Assembly (NCBI GenBank): GCA_964016885.1
Contig: OZ024751.1
Coordinates: 51,212,001 to 51,276,000 of the forward strand
Source of the DNA: Eledone cirrhosa
Taxonomy: Eukaryota
Length of the DNA stretch: 64,000 nt
Reading direction: 5' to 3'
Under the pieces are notes generated by a model. The model was not told the origin of the DNA, made no database searches, and saw only the letters and a list, made by a program, of their open reading frames with translations. The position numbers were made by a program, and so were the translations under genes. How positions within the stretch are numbered: the stretch's first letter is position 1; every line of letters begins with the position of its first letter. Below are positions 1 through 14,151 of this stretch, one piece after another.

Positions 1-87
1 GAAAGAAAAAAACAAGAAATAAAATGAAGAAAAGGAAAAGAAATAAGTTGCTTTAAGATAAAAGAGGTTCATTTAGTAGTTATAATG

Positions 88-288
88 GTTTCTTATGTAG
101 GCACAAGGCCAGCAATTTTGGGGGAGGGGAAAGTCAATTAAATCAACCCCAGTGCATTACTGGTACTTTATTTTATCGACCCCGTAAGTTAACCTTGGCG
201 GGATTTGAACTCAGATCATAAAGGACTGTAACTCTATGCTGCGAAGCATGGCGTCTGACCCTCTACTGATACTGCCAATCCACCGCCT
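88..288 (-). mobile_element. tRNA-derived SINE, family A
   Basis: Minus strand has A-box TGGCAGTATCAGT and B-box GAGTTCAAATCCC, then GGGGTCGATAAAATAAAGTACCAG; about 10 copies in the window. Confidence 0.85.
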
Positions 289-304
289 CATTTAGTAGTT
301 ATAA

Positions 305-520
305 TGAAGGTAAGAGAGAGGCTGTATGATGGAAACATGAGAAGGCATACTCAAACATTGCTACTGAAATGATATGGGCATCATCAGTGTAGGACACTCT
401 CTGGCCTGCAGAATCCCAGACACAAGCCAGCTTTTGGTCACAGCAGACAGAATGGGGAAAGCTTTGCCTTGGAGTAGGGTGAGGAAGACACATTGAAATA
501 GACATTCCTACTTGTGGGGC
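305..520 (-). pseudogene. Highly decayed non-LTR retrotransposon RT fragment
   Basis: Minus translation ...RVSYTDDAHII resembles the YADD motif region; otherwise degenerate. Confidence 0.35.
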
Positions 521-589
521 CCTCACCAGTGGCTGGCCAACTCTACCCTGATAGTAGCGATACCATTCAGTTATTATTATTATATATAT

Positions 590-787
590 ATAGGAAAATG
601 TATGACCTCGACGCCAGAGCTCAAGCCGTTTCGACGGCTATTTCTGGAGTCCAGAAATAGCCGTCGAAACGGCTTGAGCTCTGGCGTCGAGGTCATACAT
701 TTTCCTATTACCCACTCTACTACCCTAAGTATTGAGTACTCTGGTGCGTTATGGTCCATCTGGTTCCTTACCACAACTCCTTCGTTA
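590..787 (+). mobile_element. PLE-type terminal remnant: perfect 119-bp palindrome (590-708) plus unique 3' tail, in (TA)n
   Basis: 59-bp arms around a 1-nt spacer at 649; carries the 3' half of the HHR seen whole at 47847-47942; same tail at 57186-57268 and 61791-61817. Confidence 0.8.
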
Positions 788-2679
788 TATATATATATAT
801 ATATATAATCTGGGTATTACTCGAAGTTGTAGCCACAATATAGCTGGTACTAATCGAATTGTTTGAGGCAACCACAAAGAACTCAATGGAGCAGGAAGTT
901 AATACATTATCGTCCAGAGTAAACACAAAAGTTAAAAAAGTGTGACAACAAGAAAACCGACTGAAGGCAGTGGCAATACTTATACCACAATATATATATA
1001 TATACTATAGTTGGATGTAGTATAAATTATGTCATGCGCATATAATATGGCATAATTATGACATTCACATAGTATACTTTAGGAGACACATATAGTACAG
1101 AATAAGTTAAGACTATATTTATGGTATAGTATGATATAAGTTATGATATTGGCTGCTATTAAAAAAAATTGCAATTTGGTGGTAGAGTCACATATTGAAG
1201 TGATTGTTTTTTTTAATTTGGCTGCTCATCACCTCTACAACAAAAAGAATGACAGTATTGACAACAACAACTGCAAGAATATAAACAAGGAAGAACCTTC
1301 TTCACATCCCAACACCAGAAAAAGAGACTTTACCAGAAACAATAATATCAAAACCCAAAACAACAAAATACCTAAGAACTACAACATTAGCAGAAACAAC
1401 AACTGCACCAATGACAACAACACCATCAATCATATATATCTGTTCTACTAAACCAAGAAAATCTAAATTTTTTTTTTTTTTATTCTTACAACAGAGCCAT
1501 AATGTTTCAGCTTAGTATTTAGTAAGCTTTATCAGAAAAAAAACAAAAACTTTTCCTCTGATAAAACTTAGTGAATACACATACTTTGCTCTTTGCTGAA
1601 ACATTGTAGCTATGTTGTAAGAATATAAATAAATCTTTTTATATAAAATTCTGGTGTTTTTTTTAAATATCTTTTATTTCATTAATTAGAATGAAATTGT
1701 GATCACCTTTATTTCAGGCTGTGGAAGAGAAAGAAGAATATAAAGAAGTAGAAAAGAAGATTGACAGCAGCAGCAACAGCAGCAACAGGAGTTGCAGGAG
1801 GAGTAACAGCATAAGGTAACATCAACAACAGCAGCAGCAGGAGTTGTTACAGCAACAGTAATATGAACACCAGCAACAACAGGAAGGAAGAAAAGAAGAA
1901 AAAAGAGATAAAAATGAGTGAGTGTGTGAGAGAGAGACGGGAGAGAAAAATGGGGTAGAGGAGGGGAGGGAGAGAATTTGCAAAGGAGGAGCATTGGAAA
2001 ATATCATATAAGTAGTGGATAATTCGTGATAATTAATGTGAAGAAGAAGAAGAAGAAGAAGGAGAGATTGAGTGAAAACTGATATTTAGTATTGATTTTT
2101 GCCCCTTCACATTTTAACAAACACATATACACACACACATGCGTGCACATGTTTGGGTAAACATCATCGTGCTTGTGTATATGTTGCTCTCTATCACTAT
2201 CTCTCCATATATATTTATATATACACCATCATTTTATGTCTGTTCATGCTTGCATGGATTGGACAAACCATTCCAAACCAAGTCAATACTTTATCAGAGT
2301 CACCATCATCCTAAAAGGCCCAAGTCTTCTTCAAACACATTCCTGCTTTAGCATGGTTTCCATGACTGGTTGTTTTTCCTAATGCTAACCACTGTTCAGA
2401 GTGCACAAGATACATTTTATCATGCCACTACTCCATGTAAGTATATGTGCACGTGTGTTTGTGTATGGTGTTGTGTTTGTCAGAAAGCATTGTTTAAAAA
2501 AAAACCCCCAAAAACTCATGATAAGCACAAAACCTCACATGGTTTGTAAGTTTAGTATTGCTTTAATGGGAGAAAATGACTTGGTGCTACACATATACTC
2601 TCTCTGGCACACACACATACACACACACACACATATATATATATATGTGCATATATATATATGTGCATATATATATATA

Positions 2680-3015
2680 CAATGATATTAAATAAATGGA
2701 AACTATATTTATAAAACCATATTTATTCAATTATATATATTTCAAGGGTACCAACACTTTGGTATGCTCTCATCAGATAAAATACAAAATTTGTTTTATG
2801 AATATTGACATAACCAGGAAGAAGATCTTAAAGGTTCAAGTTTTTCCTGGAAAACTTCAACCGTTAAGATCTTCTTCCTGGTTATGTCAATATTCATAAA
2901 ACAAACTTTGTATTTTATCTGATGAGAGCATACCAAAGTTTTGGTACCCTTGAAATATATATAATAGAATAAATATGGTTTTATAAATATAGTTCCCATT
3001 TATTTAATATCATTA
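2680..3015. mobile_element. PLE pLTR fold-back palindrome (about 168-bp arms) with an HHR on each arm
   Basis: Axis near 2848; arms about 93% identical by eye; same sequence ends the PLE at 9270-9400. Confidence 0.85.
2911..2971 (+). ncRNA. Minimal type I hammerhead motif (mirror copy 2724-2784 on minus)
   Basis: TATTTTAT-CTGATGA-helix II (GAGCATACC..GGTACCCTT)-GAAA-TATATA-TA-ATAGAATA. Confidence 0.7.
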
Positions 3016-3391
3016 TAAAGTCGAGTCTGCTTAAGAGTATACTCTCGGGAATGGAAAATAGTATGCTCTTAACCGGACTATACTCCTATTCGGACTAAGT
3101 AAAAATATTCCATAGTATTATTATTTTGAGTCTTACAATGATTAAAAATCGCTTTGTTATCGTTTAAAATGCATTTATAAGTAAAAAAAATGAAAGTTAC
3201 ACCAAAAAATTCAACAAGAATTATTGCAAATTATTGCAATATTTCAACATATTGGTATGCAATTTGTATTTCCTAAAAATAGTCCAAAATGCTTTTTTGC
3301 ACTCGATTGCTTGCAATTTTTTTTTCAATCAATTCCTCAATCTCAGACAGAGTATAATTTTCAAAATTTTCAAACGATTGCATCATATAGG

Positions 3392-3533
3392 TAGGGCCGT
3401 CTTAATAGCATTACAGGTCCCCAGGCAAAGCAGAGCACTGGGACCCCCTACCTACACAACCACTCACAGGAATAAAAATACAAATGGGCCCCCGGGCAAC
3501 TGTCCAGTGTGCCCATGCGTTAAGATGGCCCTG
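3392..3533. mobile_element. hAT-type MITE (142 bp)
   Basis: TIR TAGGGCCGTCTTAA / TTAAGATGGCCCTG; exact 8-bp TSD CATATAGG at 3384-3391 and 3534-3541. Confidence 0.9.
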
Positions 3534-3894
3534 CATATAGGACCGTACAGTGAACAAAGTATTTATTCCTTCTTTTCCAGAGATCTAAAATATTGATAAA
3601 TGATTAAAGTTATGTTAGGTACCTATGCACATTCATATTATAAACATAAAAATAATACATACTAACCTTTGAGTAATGGATAAAGCAGAGCGTTTCAAAG
3701 ACATTTTTATGACACAATGAATTATTATTTTTGTATTTACATATATTAAACTTTAAATTGCTTTTAGAATGGTTGTATAAATGACATCATCACATTTCAT
3801 TTTGAATTGTTTAAAATGGTTATGTTACATTATAAGCCCAATTTACTTTACCGTATTCATTATACTCTTATTCGGACTAAATTATATAGCAAAT

Positions 3895-4242
3895 ATCATC
3901 ATCATCATCATCATTCCATTTTACGTCCGCTTTTCCCTGCTTGCAAGGGTGGGACGGGAACTGATGCTGGCTTGATTTCTACAGCTGGATGCCCTTCCTA
4001 ACACCAACCTCATTTACAGTGAGTGCTGGGTGCTTTTTTGCCGTGGCACCTCCACAACCACTTTGCAGTGGAATGATAGAGACCCCAGTCCCTATCATCT
4101 CATTTCTACAGCTGAGTAAACTGGAGCAATGTGAAATAAAGTGTCTTGCTCAAGGAAACAACACATCACCCAGTCTGAGAATTGAACTCACAACCTTTTG
4201 ATTGCAAGGCCAATGCTCTAACCACTAAGCCATGTGCCTCCA
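3895..4242 (-). mobile_element. Composite SINE: tRNA/CORE-like head (family B) plus RTE-type tail and (GAT)n
   Basis: Head GGAGGCACATGGCTTAGTGGTTAGAGC..GAGTTCAATTC; TCCTTGAGCAAGACAC; tail matches the LINE end at 52930-52965. Confidence 0.85.
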
Positions 4243-4445
4243 AATATATAAACGGGAATTGATTATGCTATACTCTTATGCGAACTATACTCTTATCCGA
4301 TATACTCTTAAGCGGACCCATGCATTGTACAACACATAGTACATAAATTCGGGAACTGATTATGCTATACTCTTAAGCGGACTATACTCTTATCCGATAT
4401 ACTCTTAAGTGGACTCGACTGTATATATATATATATGTATGTATG

Positions 4446-4480
<35 letters not shown>

Positions 4481-4632
4481 GGAGGCACATGGCTTAGTGG
4501 TTAGAGCATTGGGCTTGCAATCGAAAGGTTGTGAGTTCAATTCTCAGACTGGGTGATGTGTTGTTTCCTTGAGACACTTTATTTCACATTGCTCCAGTTT
4601 ACTCAGCTGTAGAAATGAGATGATAGAGACTG
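4481..4632 (+). mobile_element. SINE family B, head only
   Basis: Near-identical to 4085-4242 in the opposite orientation. Confidence 0.85.
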
Positions 4633-5033
4633 AAAATGAAATGATATGGACTCCTGATGGAGTCATAAGGGTATTGCTTTGATATATAGTGTTCCTTGAA
4701 TATTTTAAAATCTATATATTTGGCAGAGTCATTTGAGCTTTGGATATTTGTTCCATGTCTCTGCATTTTGAGTTCAATTCCCGCTGAAGTTTACTTTGCC
4801 GTTTATCTTTTTGTGATTGATAAAGAAAGTATAGGTCCAGTGTTGCTGCAGCCCTCCTTCAAGCTGTCACATCTTGATCAAAGAAGGGAGGCTTGAGAAG
4901 GTGACTGCAAAAGCATTGTATGTACTACTGTGTCATACTTGACAGAGTGTGAAGGATGTAGTTTAGTTTATATGTATATAATACATGGTTTTTATAATAA
5001 ATAAAAACACTACCAGTTTCATAGACATTATTA

Positions 5034-5218
5034 GTTGGCAGTATCGGTAGAGGGTCAGACGCCATGCTTTGACACAAAGAGTTACGGCCCTTTCTATTCT
5101 GAGTTCAAATCCCGCCGAGGTTAACTTTGCCTTTCATCCTTACGGGGTCGATAAAATAAAGTACCAGTAATACATTGGGTAATTTGCTGGCCTTGTGCCA
5201 AAAGTAGAAACAATTATT
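5034..5218 (+). mobile_element. SINE family A
   Basis: B-box plus GCCTTTCATCCTTACGGGGTCGATAAAATAAAGTACCAG. Confidence 0.85.
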
Positions 5219-5869
5219 AGTAAAAGCATGTATTCTTCATTATGAGAACTTGTACATAATGGAGAATACGTGTTTTCACTAATAATGTATGTATATATAT
5301 ATACTGTATATATTTTACTAACCTTCCATTTGTGTGTGTATATATATATATTTATATATATGTTTGTGTCTGTGTGTTTGTTTCTTTATTCATTTATCTA
5401 CAGATATATATATTTTTTTCCACATTTACACTGACTGCTAAAACTCCAATTTTAATAATCTAAGCATGGCATGAATTTACATGATTTTTTTGGAGTGGGG
5501 AAATTTGTCTTCCCACAAAGATTCTTCAAATCATAACTACATTTCCAAATATGGTAACAGACTGGCAGTAAATCCTGTTCTGTTGCATTGAAATATCTGT
5601 GATTTTCAAAGATCATTGACATTCCACAGGGAAATCTAGGAATTACAATTGAACTTCAGATGTGATTTTTGATTGAGTTAAGCAATATTGTCAGAAATTT
5701 GAATAAACTTTTGTATTTATAAGTCTTATTCTAAAAGAAATAAAATATATAGAATAAAGAATACTTTCAAACCAGAATGGAATGGGGGAAAAAAAGACAG
5801 CTAGAGTTAGATAGATAGATAGACAGAAGGTGGGGAAAGCAGGAGGAAGTTAAATTTATGTACTCACAC

Positions 5870-7520
<1,651 letters not shown>

Positions 7521-9487
7521 TACAATAAGTGGAAACTATATTTATAAAACCATATTTATTTTATTATATATATTTCAATCTTTAACAGACATACAATAAA
7601 ACTATCTTACTCTACTACTATGAACATAGCACAAAATATAAATAGAATCAATAATAGAAATTTACACCATAACCAAAATAGCAGTAATATCTCTAGCAAT
7701 ATCCAACATAATAGTACAGTTCCAAATAACATCAACTCTGCTAAATGTAACTGTAGAATTAAATCAAACTGTCCTTTAAAAAATAAGTGCTTAGATAAGG
7801 ACGTGTTCTATAAATGCACAGTCAAAACCAGTGATAATAATATTTAACTATGTAGGTTCAACTTCTACAGACTTTAAAAGTCGTTGGAATAATCACAAAT
7901 GCTCTTTCCGAAAACTTGATAAAAAAATCGTCAACTTCTCTATCAAACCTGATATGGAATTTAAAATCCAAAAATATGGACTATTCTTTAACTTGGGGAA
8001 ATAATTTCAAAAGCATCTGCCTCCCAAAACACAGCTTTATCTAGATTTTGCAAATTGTGTGTTGAGGAAATTTTTTTCATACTTAAATGTAAGAACTATT
8101 AATGTACGGACGAATTTATTTAGTTCTTGTAAACATCGCCTAAACTCAACGTTTAGAACTATATACTAATTATAATTACACTTATAATATTTCTACTTAT
8201 TTCCATAACAATCTTATCCACTCTGTTTTAATATATTGTTATATCTAAATCATATCTATAATATTTGCTATAATTTCACTTCTTAAAATTTCTTAAAATA
8301 TATACATATATGATCCTAACTTTTACATTTTTATTTTAACTTTAATTTTAATATTTTTTAAGTTTTTTAATTCTTTATTTTTTATTGTTTATTTCTTAAA
8401 CTTTTCATATATTTTAAAAATTACTTATTTTTTTAAAATTTACTTATCTCTTATAAATTGTTTTAAAAAATTTTCCCGAATTTTTAATATTTTTTAATAA
8501 AATTTTTTAATGTCTTTTATTAGATTTATAACCACTAATTCAGGCTAAATATATCTTTCAACATTTATATCTTTAACATTTAAACTTATTTTGACAAAAT
8601 AGTCTCGTACTAACGAATAAATAAACAAAACTGGAGTTTTTTTCCGTATCTTTCCAATTTAAAATATATAAATATAAATATTCTTATTAACTCAGTTAAC
8701 TTAATTACTTACATTAAATATAAACCAATATCCCTCATAACTCATTAAAACAATTATCTATAACATGATCTATCCATTTATCTATCTATTTATCTATTTA
8801 TTTTTCTATTTATTTTTCTATCTATCTATTTTTCTATCTATTTATTTTTCCATATATTTTTCTATCTAATTTTATATATATATTTATTTTTCTATATATA
8901 TCTATTTATTTTTCTATCTACTTATAACAGTAAATATTATATTAGAAAAGAATTTTAACAACTAAATAATCGTAAATATACGTACCATTAGTAGATATAT
9001 ACTTAAAAGTTATTCCCCCATATTAACGTTACATGAGTTCTATTCATCCTCTTGTTAATTTATTCTCTCTATCTCTCTCGTAATATTAATATTTTTTCTC
9101 TCTCTCTTTCTTCTCTATCTTTCTCCAGTGTCATTTAAATAAACGGTTGTTTTTCAATTATTTACATATTCATTTGCATATTCACACATAAGTTTGAATA
9201 ATCCCTAATATATTTCCACTATCCAATGAATTTCCAACCTATAAGGTATGAATTTCATGGGTACGTCTCTATTTATAAAACAAACTTTGTATTTTATCTG
9301 ATGAAAGCGTACCAATGTTGTCTTGGTTGCCCTTGAAATATAAATAAGAAAATAAATATGGTTTTATAAATATAGTTTCCATTTATTTAATATCATTGAA
9401 TATTTACTCCAGTAACTTGTTGAGTGCTCTAAATCAGTTATAAACATTTATGTTTGTCGGACTTCCAACAAATTAAATACAACTTCT
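7521..9487 (+). mobile_element. 5'-truncated PLE: inverted pLTR piece (7521-7578), decayed GIY-YIG coding region (about 7620-8160), 3' pLTR with HHR (9290-9354)
   Basis: KCNCRIKSNCPLKNKC..FYKC, then after a frameshift YVGSTSTDFKSRWNNH; CTGATGA at 9298 and GAAA at 9335; flanked by TA tracts. Confidence 0.85.
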
Positions 9488-9697
9488 ACATATATATAAA
9501 TATGCGTGTGTGTATGATTATAATTATTATAATAATTATTTATCTATATACAACTATATACATATATATATATATGTGTGTGTGTGTGCGTGTGTGCATG
9601 TCGTGTGTGTGCATGTGGTGTGTGTTTTCATGTATATATTCATGTTTAAAGTTACACTATTTAAAGGTCAAATATATATTTTAGTAAGTTTAGAAAG

Positions 9698-9737
<40 letters not shown>

Positions 9738-9959
9738 TAAATATTGATAAAATAGATGTTCTTTTGATCAATTACATTTTATTATACATATTTCGGATGT
9801 ACAACAGTACGTTCTCAGAGTGCTTCCAATCTACTGTAAAACTCATTCTTTGACATACTCATCATTGTTTAACACTTTAATATATATATATAATTGAATA
9901 TAATAGTGAAAGAGGAAATAAATGTAGTAAAGATTTGACACACTGTACCTGTAGGGTAT

Positions 9960-11200
9960 TGTGATGATGGTGGTGGTGGTGGTTGTGTGATGGTGGTAGT
10001 GGTGGTGGTGTGGTAGGGATGGTGGTGGTGATGGTGGTGGTGATGTTGGTGGTGGTGGTGGTGGTAGTGGTGGTGGTGTGATAGTGGTGGTGGTAGTGGT
10101 GGTAGTGTTGGTGGTGCTGTTGGTGGTGGTGGTGATGATGGTGGTGGTGGTGATGATGAGGGTGGTGGTGGTGGTGATGTTGTTGTTGGTGGTGGTGGTA
10201 GTGGTGGTGGTGTGATGGTGGTGGTGGTGTGATAGTGGTGGTGGTGGTGATGGTGGTGGTGGTGGTGGTGGTGTTGGTGGTGCTGTTGGTGTTGGTGGTG
10301 GTGGTGGTTGTGTGATGGTGGTAGTGGTGGTAGTGTTGGTGGTGCTGTTGGTGGTGGTGGTGATGATGGTGGTGGTGGTGGTGATGTTGTTGGTGGTGGT
10401 GGTGGTAGTGGTGGTGGTGTGATGGTGGTGGTGTGATAGTGGTGGTGGTGGTGATGGTGGTGGTGGTGTTGGTGGTGGTGGTGGTGGTTGTGTGATGGTG
10501 GTAGTGGTGGTGGTGTGGTGGGGATGGTGGTGGTGGTGGTGATGTTGTTGGTGGTGGTGGTGGTAGTGGTGGTGGTGTGATGGTGGTGTGATAGTGGTGG
10601 TGGTGGTGATGGTAGTGGTGGTAGTGTTGGTGGTGCTGTTGGTGTTGGTGGTGGTGGTGATGATGGTGGTGGTGGTGGTGATGATGAGGTGGTGGTGGTG
10701 GAGACGGTGGTAGTGGTGATGGTTGTGGTGACAATGATGACAGTGGTGGTGCTGGTGACAACGATGATGATGGTGGTGGCATGATGATGATAATAATGTT
10801 GGTGGTGGGGTTGTAGTGGAGATGGTGTTGCTGATGATAGTGGTGGTGGTGGCATGAGGAAGATAATGATGATGGTGGTGGTGGTGGTGGTGGTGATGGT
10901 AATGGTTGTGGTGAGGATTATGGTGATGATGAGGATGATGATGTTGGAATGGTGGTGGTGGTGGTGATTATGGAGACGGTGATTGTGATGATGATGACAT
11001 TGGAGTTGGTGTTGATTATGTTGATGACGATGGTGATGTAGTTGGTGATGGTGATGAAGAGTAGGATGATGATGATGACAGTGATGATTATGAAGAGGAT
11101 TATCATGGTAAAAAGGATAATGATGCTGATTCTGATGATAATGACAATGATGATTGTGATGATGCTTGTGATGATGATGATGATAATCATGATGAAGAGG
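9960..11200. repeat. (GGT)n/(GAT)n trinucleotide low-complexity array with higher-order duplications
   Basis: Direct inspection; source of the spurious poly-His/Pro/Thr ORFs. Confidence 0.95.
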
Positions 11201-11471
11201 CAAATATCATAAAATAATAGCAAACAAGAAAAAAAATAGAAGATATAAAAAAAAGGTCTGTAGAATTTGAAAATATTGCTAAAATATGCTTATAAAAGTA
11301 TGGATGACCATAACAGTATCAATATTTCTTTGATTGAATACAGCCCAGTGGTATACAAATAGGATCCATTTTTTAAGTCGAGGGGAGGAACAGAAGCTAT
11401 TGAAATAGTGTTGAAAGAGACACAGAATGGATATTATCCAATTGAGGAGAAGGTGGATTAGAAGGTTCAGA

Positions 11472-12013
11472 TTTAGTGGATCAGATGCCACAATTTTAAG
11501 ATCAGATGCCACAATTTTAGTGTATCAGATGCCACAATTTTAGTGCATCAGATGCCACAATTTTAGTGCATCAGATGCCACAATTTTAGTGCATCAGATG
11601 CCACAAGTTTAGTGCATCAGATGCCACAATTTTAAGATCAGCTGCCACAAGTTTAGTGCATCAGATGCCACAAGTTTAGTGCATCAGATGCCACAATTTT
11701 AAGATCAGCTGCCACAATTTTAGTGCATCAGATGCCACAATTTTAGTGCATCAGATGCCACAATTTTAGTGCATCAGATGCCACAATTTTAGTGCATCAG
11801 ATGCCACAATTTTAGTGGATCAGATGCCACAATTTTAAGATCAGATGCCACAATTTTAAGATCAGATGCCACAATTTTAAGATCAGATGCCACAATTTTA
11901 AGATCAGATGCCACAATTTTAGTGGATCAGATGCCACAATTTTAGTGGATCAGATGCTACAATTTCAAGATCAGATGCCACAATTTTAAGATCAGATGCC
12001 ACAATTTTAAGAT
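11472..12013. repeat. Minisatellite of mixed 23-bp and 21-bp units (about 24 copies)
   Basis: ATCAGATGCCACAATTTTAGTGC and ATCAGATGCCACAATTTTAAG. Confidence 0.95.
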
Positions 12014-13624
12014 ACAGTTTCAGGGTAATTGTAGTTATTTCAAAAATTTGTACCATTAAACATTTATATCATGGAAGAGCCATTTAGGCCATATTAAAAA
12101 AAAAATAAAACACAAAACAACTGTTTTATTAACTTTTCATTCATTTTGTAGTGTCAAAAGGTTCATCATACTTTCTGTGACCTGGTCACTGACACAATTC
12201 TACTGTAACAGTTTTTTTGTGTTTTTAGAATAATTAAAATGGCTTCTCCATGATGTAATTGTTTCAGTTTCAACACACGGTCTCACATTAAACCACTTGA
12301 AATTTATACCAAATATCTCTACAAAGATGTAAGAAATTATTTATCCGTTTTTACTTTTTAATGTTTATGGAATATTATTTTGATTATAAATCATTGATTA
12401 GTACACTGTATAATTTGAGGTAATTATTGTTGTGTTTATCAGAGAATGTTTGCCACAGGCTGGGAAACTGTAAATATTTATAAATTGTTTATAATTTGAC
12501 AAAAGATCATGGAATTTTGACAAAAATTGAAGTTCATTAGAATCCTAGTGTTTATGAAAATCATCTCAGTTTTGGTTTCCAAACACACATACACTTTTGT
12601 AACCCAGGGGCATGTAAACTCGCAAATTATTTTCTAACAAGCATAAGTTATATCTTCAAGTATATGATATTATATGTGAATTTGATTTTTTTTTTAAATG
12701 GTGAATTGAATTATAAATTGAAATATAGGAAATTCTAAATATCTAAAAAAAGAAATTAAAAAAAAACTGCAATAGCAATCAGAAAATGTATAAAATTGCA
12801 ACCTTCATGCAAGACATTAGTGACAAAGTTAAAAATAGATGACAGAAATAATGCCTCATTGTATGAGCATACCAAGTATAAAATATTTGAGGGAGGTTGA
12901 GACACTCATGACTTCCTTAATGACATTAGTATGAGATGTGAGTGAATAATTGTTTATATATTTGCATTTTATATTTTATGCCGTTTAATTCGGGAGGAAA
13001 TTATTCTCAGACTGGAAAATTGTCCAAGATGCTTACAATATAGGGGACTCAAAGTCACCAAAGGGCCTGATGGTGGTGTTAAATAAAGCAACAAATTAAG
13101 TCAATTAACCATATATCATACCATTTACTTCTACCAAATTTCACCTTGAACACTTTAGTTGACGTTATAAAAAATTCTTTCGCCCAAAATGATCCCAATT
13201 ATTGGCTTCCACTATATATATGTAATTATATATATATATATATGAAATATAAAGAAAATTCTTGGTACAGTAAAATATTTGAAAAGTAAAAATGACTTTG
13301 AAGAATAACAACCACCTGAAAAGTAATTCTTGTTTTTTTTTATATATAATATATATGATTGGCAGTAGCACTAAGACAGAATTTAAGCATAATAGAGGTG
13401 CATATGAAAGTATATAGTATATACAAAAATATTTCTTCATGATGAAAATATTTTTTTCTCTTTTCCTTTGTGAATATATCACAGAGTTGCCAGTACGTTT
13501 GAGAATGTAAAACAGTGCTGTTTCAAAATTTGTTAATCTTTTGTTAGTGAAACTCACTCAACCCATACTGAGATGGAAATAGACTAGAGTTTATATGGAA
13601 TTTTGCATGATGAAAATTTGCATA

Positions 13625-13663
<39 letters not shown>

Positions 13664-13670
13664 TTACATA

Positions 13671-13709
<39 letters not shown>

Positions 13710-13719
13710 TTACATATAT

Positions 13720-14151
13720 ATAAATGATTACAACAGTGACATAAACAGGTACTTAAGTTTTGTTCAGTTCTGGACCCAAACTCATTCAGCCTGTCATAAT
13801 AAAAATAAAAATAGCTGCCTTAGGTTGATTGTGCTTTCCTTTTAGAAATATGTCATAAGAGTTTAAACAAAGGCAGGTCAATTTGAAATTAGTTAGAAAA
13901 AGGGGGCCTTTGTTTAAACTCTTATGATATATTTCTAAAAGGAAAGCACAATTGACCCCAGCCAGCCATCTTTATTTTTCTTTTTCTTATGACAGGCTGA
14001 ATGAGTTTGGGTCCAGAACCGAACAAAACTTAAGTACCTGTTTATGTCACTGTTGTAATTATTTGTTTATACTAAACTCATCCTATGGACTGAGTGCTCT
14101 TACCCTTGGATATTTCTACCAAACTTTTACTACAGTAATCAGCTCCAGAAG

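Larger units (their letters stand above)
3018..4421. mobile_element. Non-autonomous Tc1/mariner-superfamily (pogo/Tigger-like) element
   Basis: TIRs AAGTCGAGTCTGCTTAAGAGTATA / TATACTCTTAAGTGGACTCGACTG with TA flanks; repeated subterminal CTATACTCTTA motifs; hosts nested insertions. Confidence 0.75.

Noticed and set aside
9869-11203. 444-aa His/Pro/Thr-rich ORF resembling an extensin or mucin
   Set aside because: (CAC)n/(CAT)n repeat open in several frames; no unique coding signal
11472-12013. CRISPR-like regular repeat
   Set aside because: No unique spacers, eukaryotic context and no cas genes; it is a minisatellite
12058-12265. Degenerate inverted repeat
   Set aside because: Too AT-rich and diverged to assign TIRs, a TSD or an HHR
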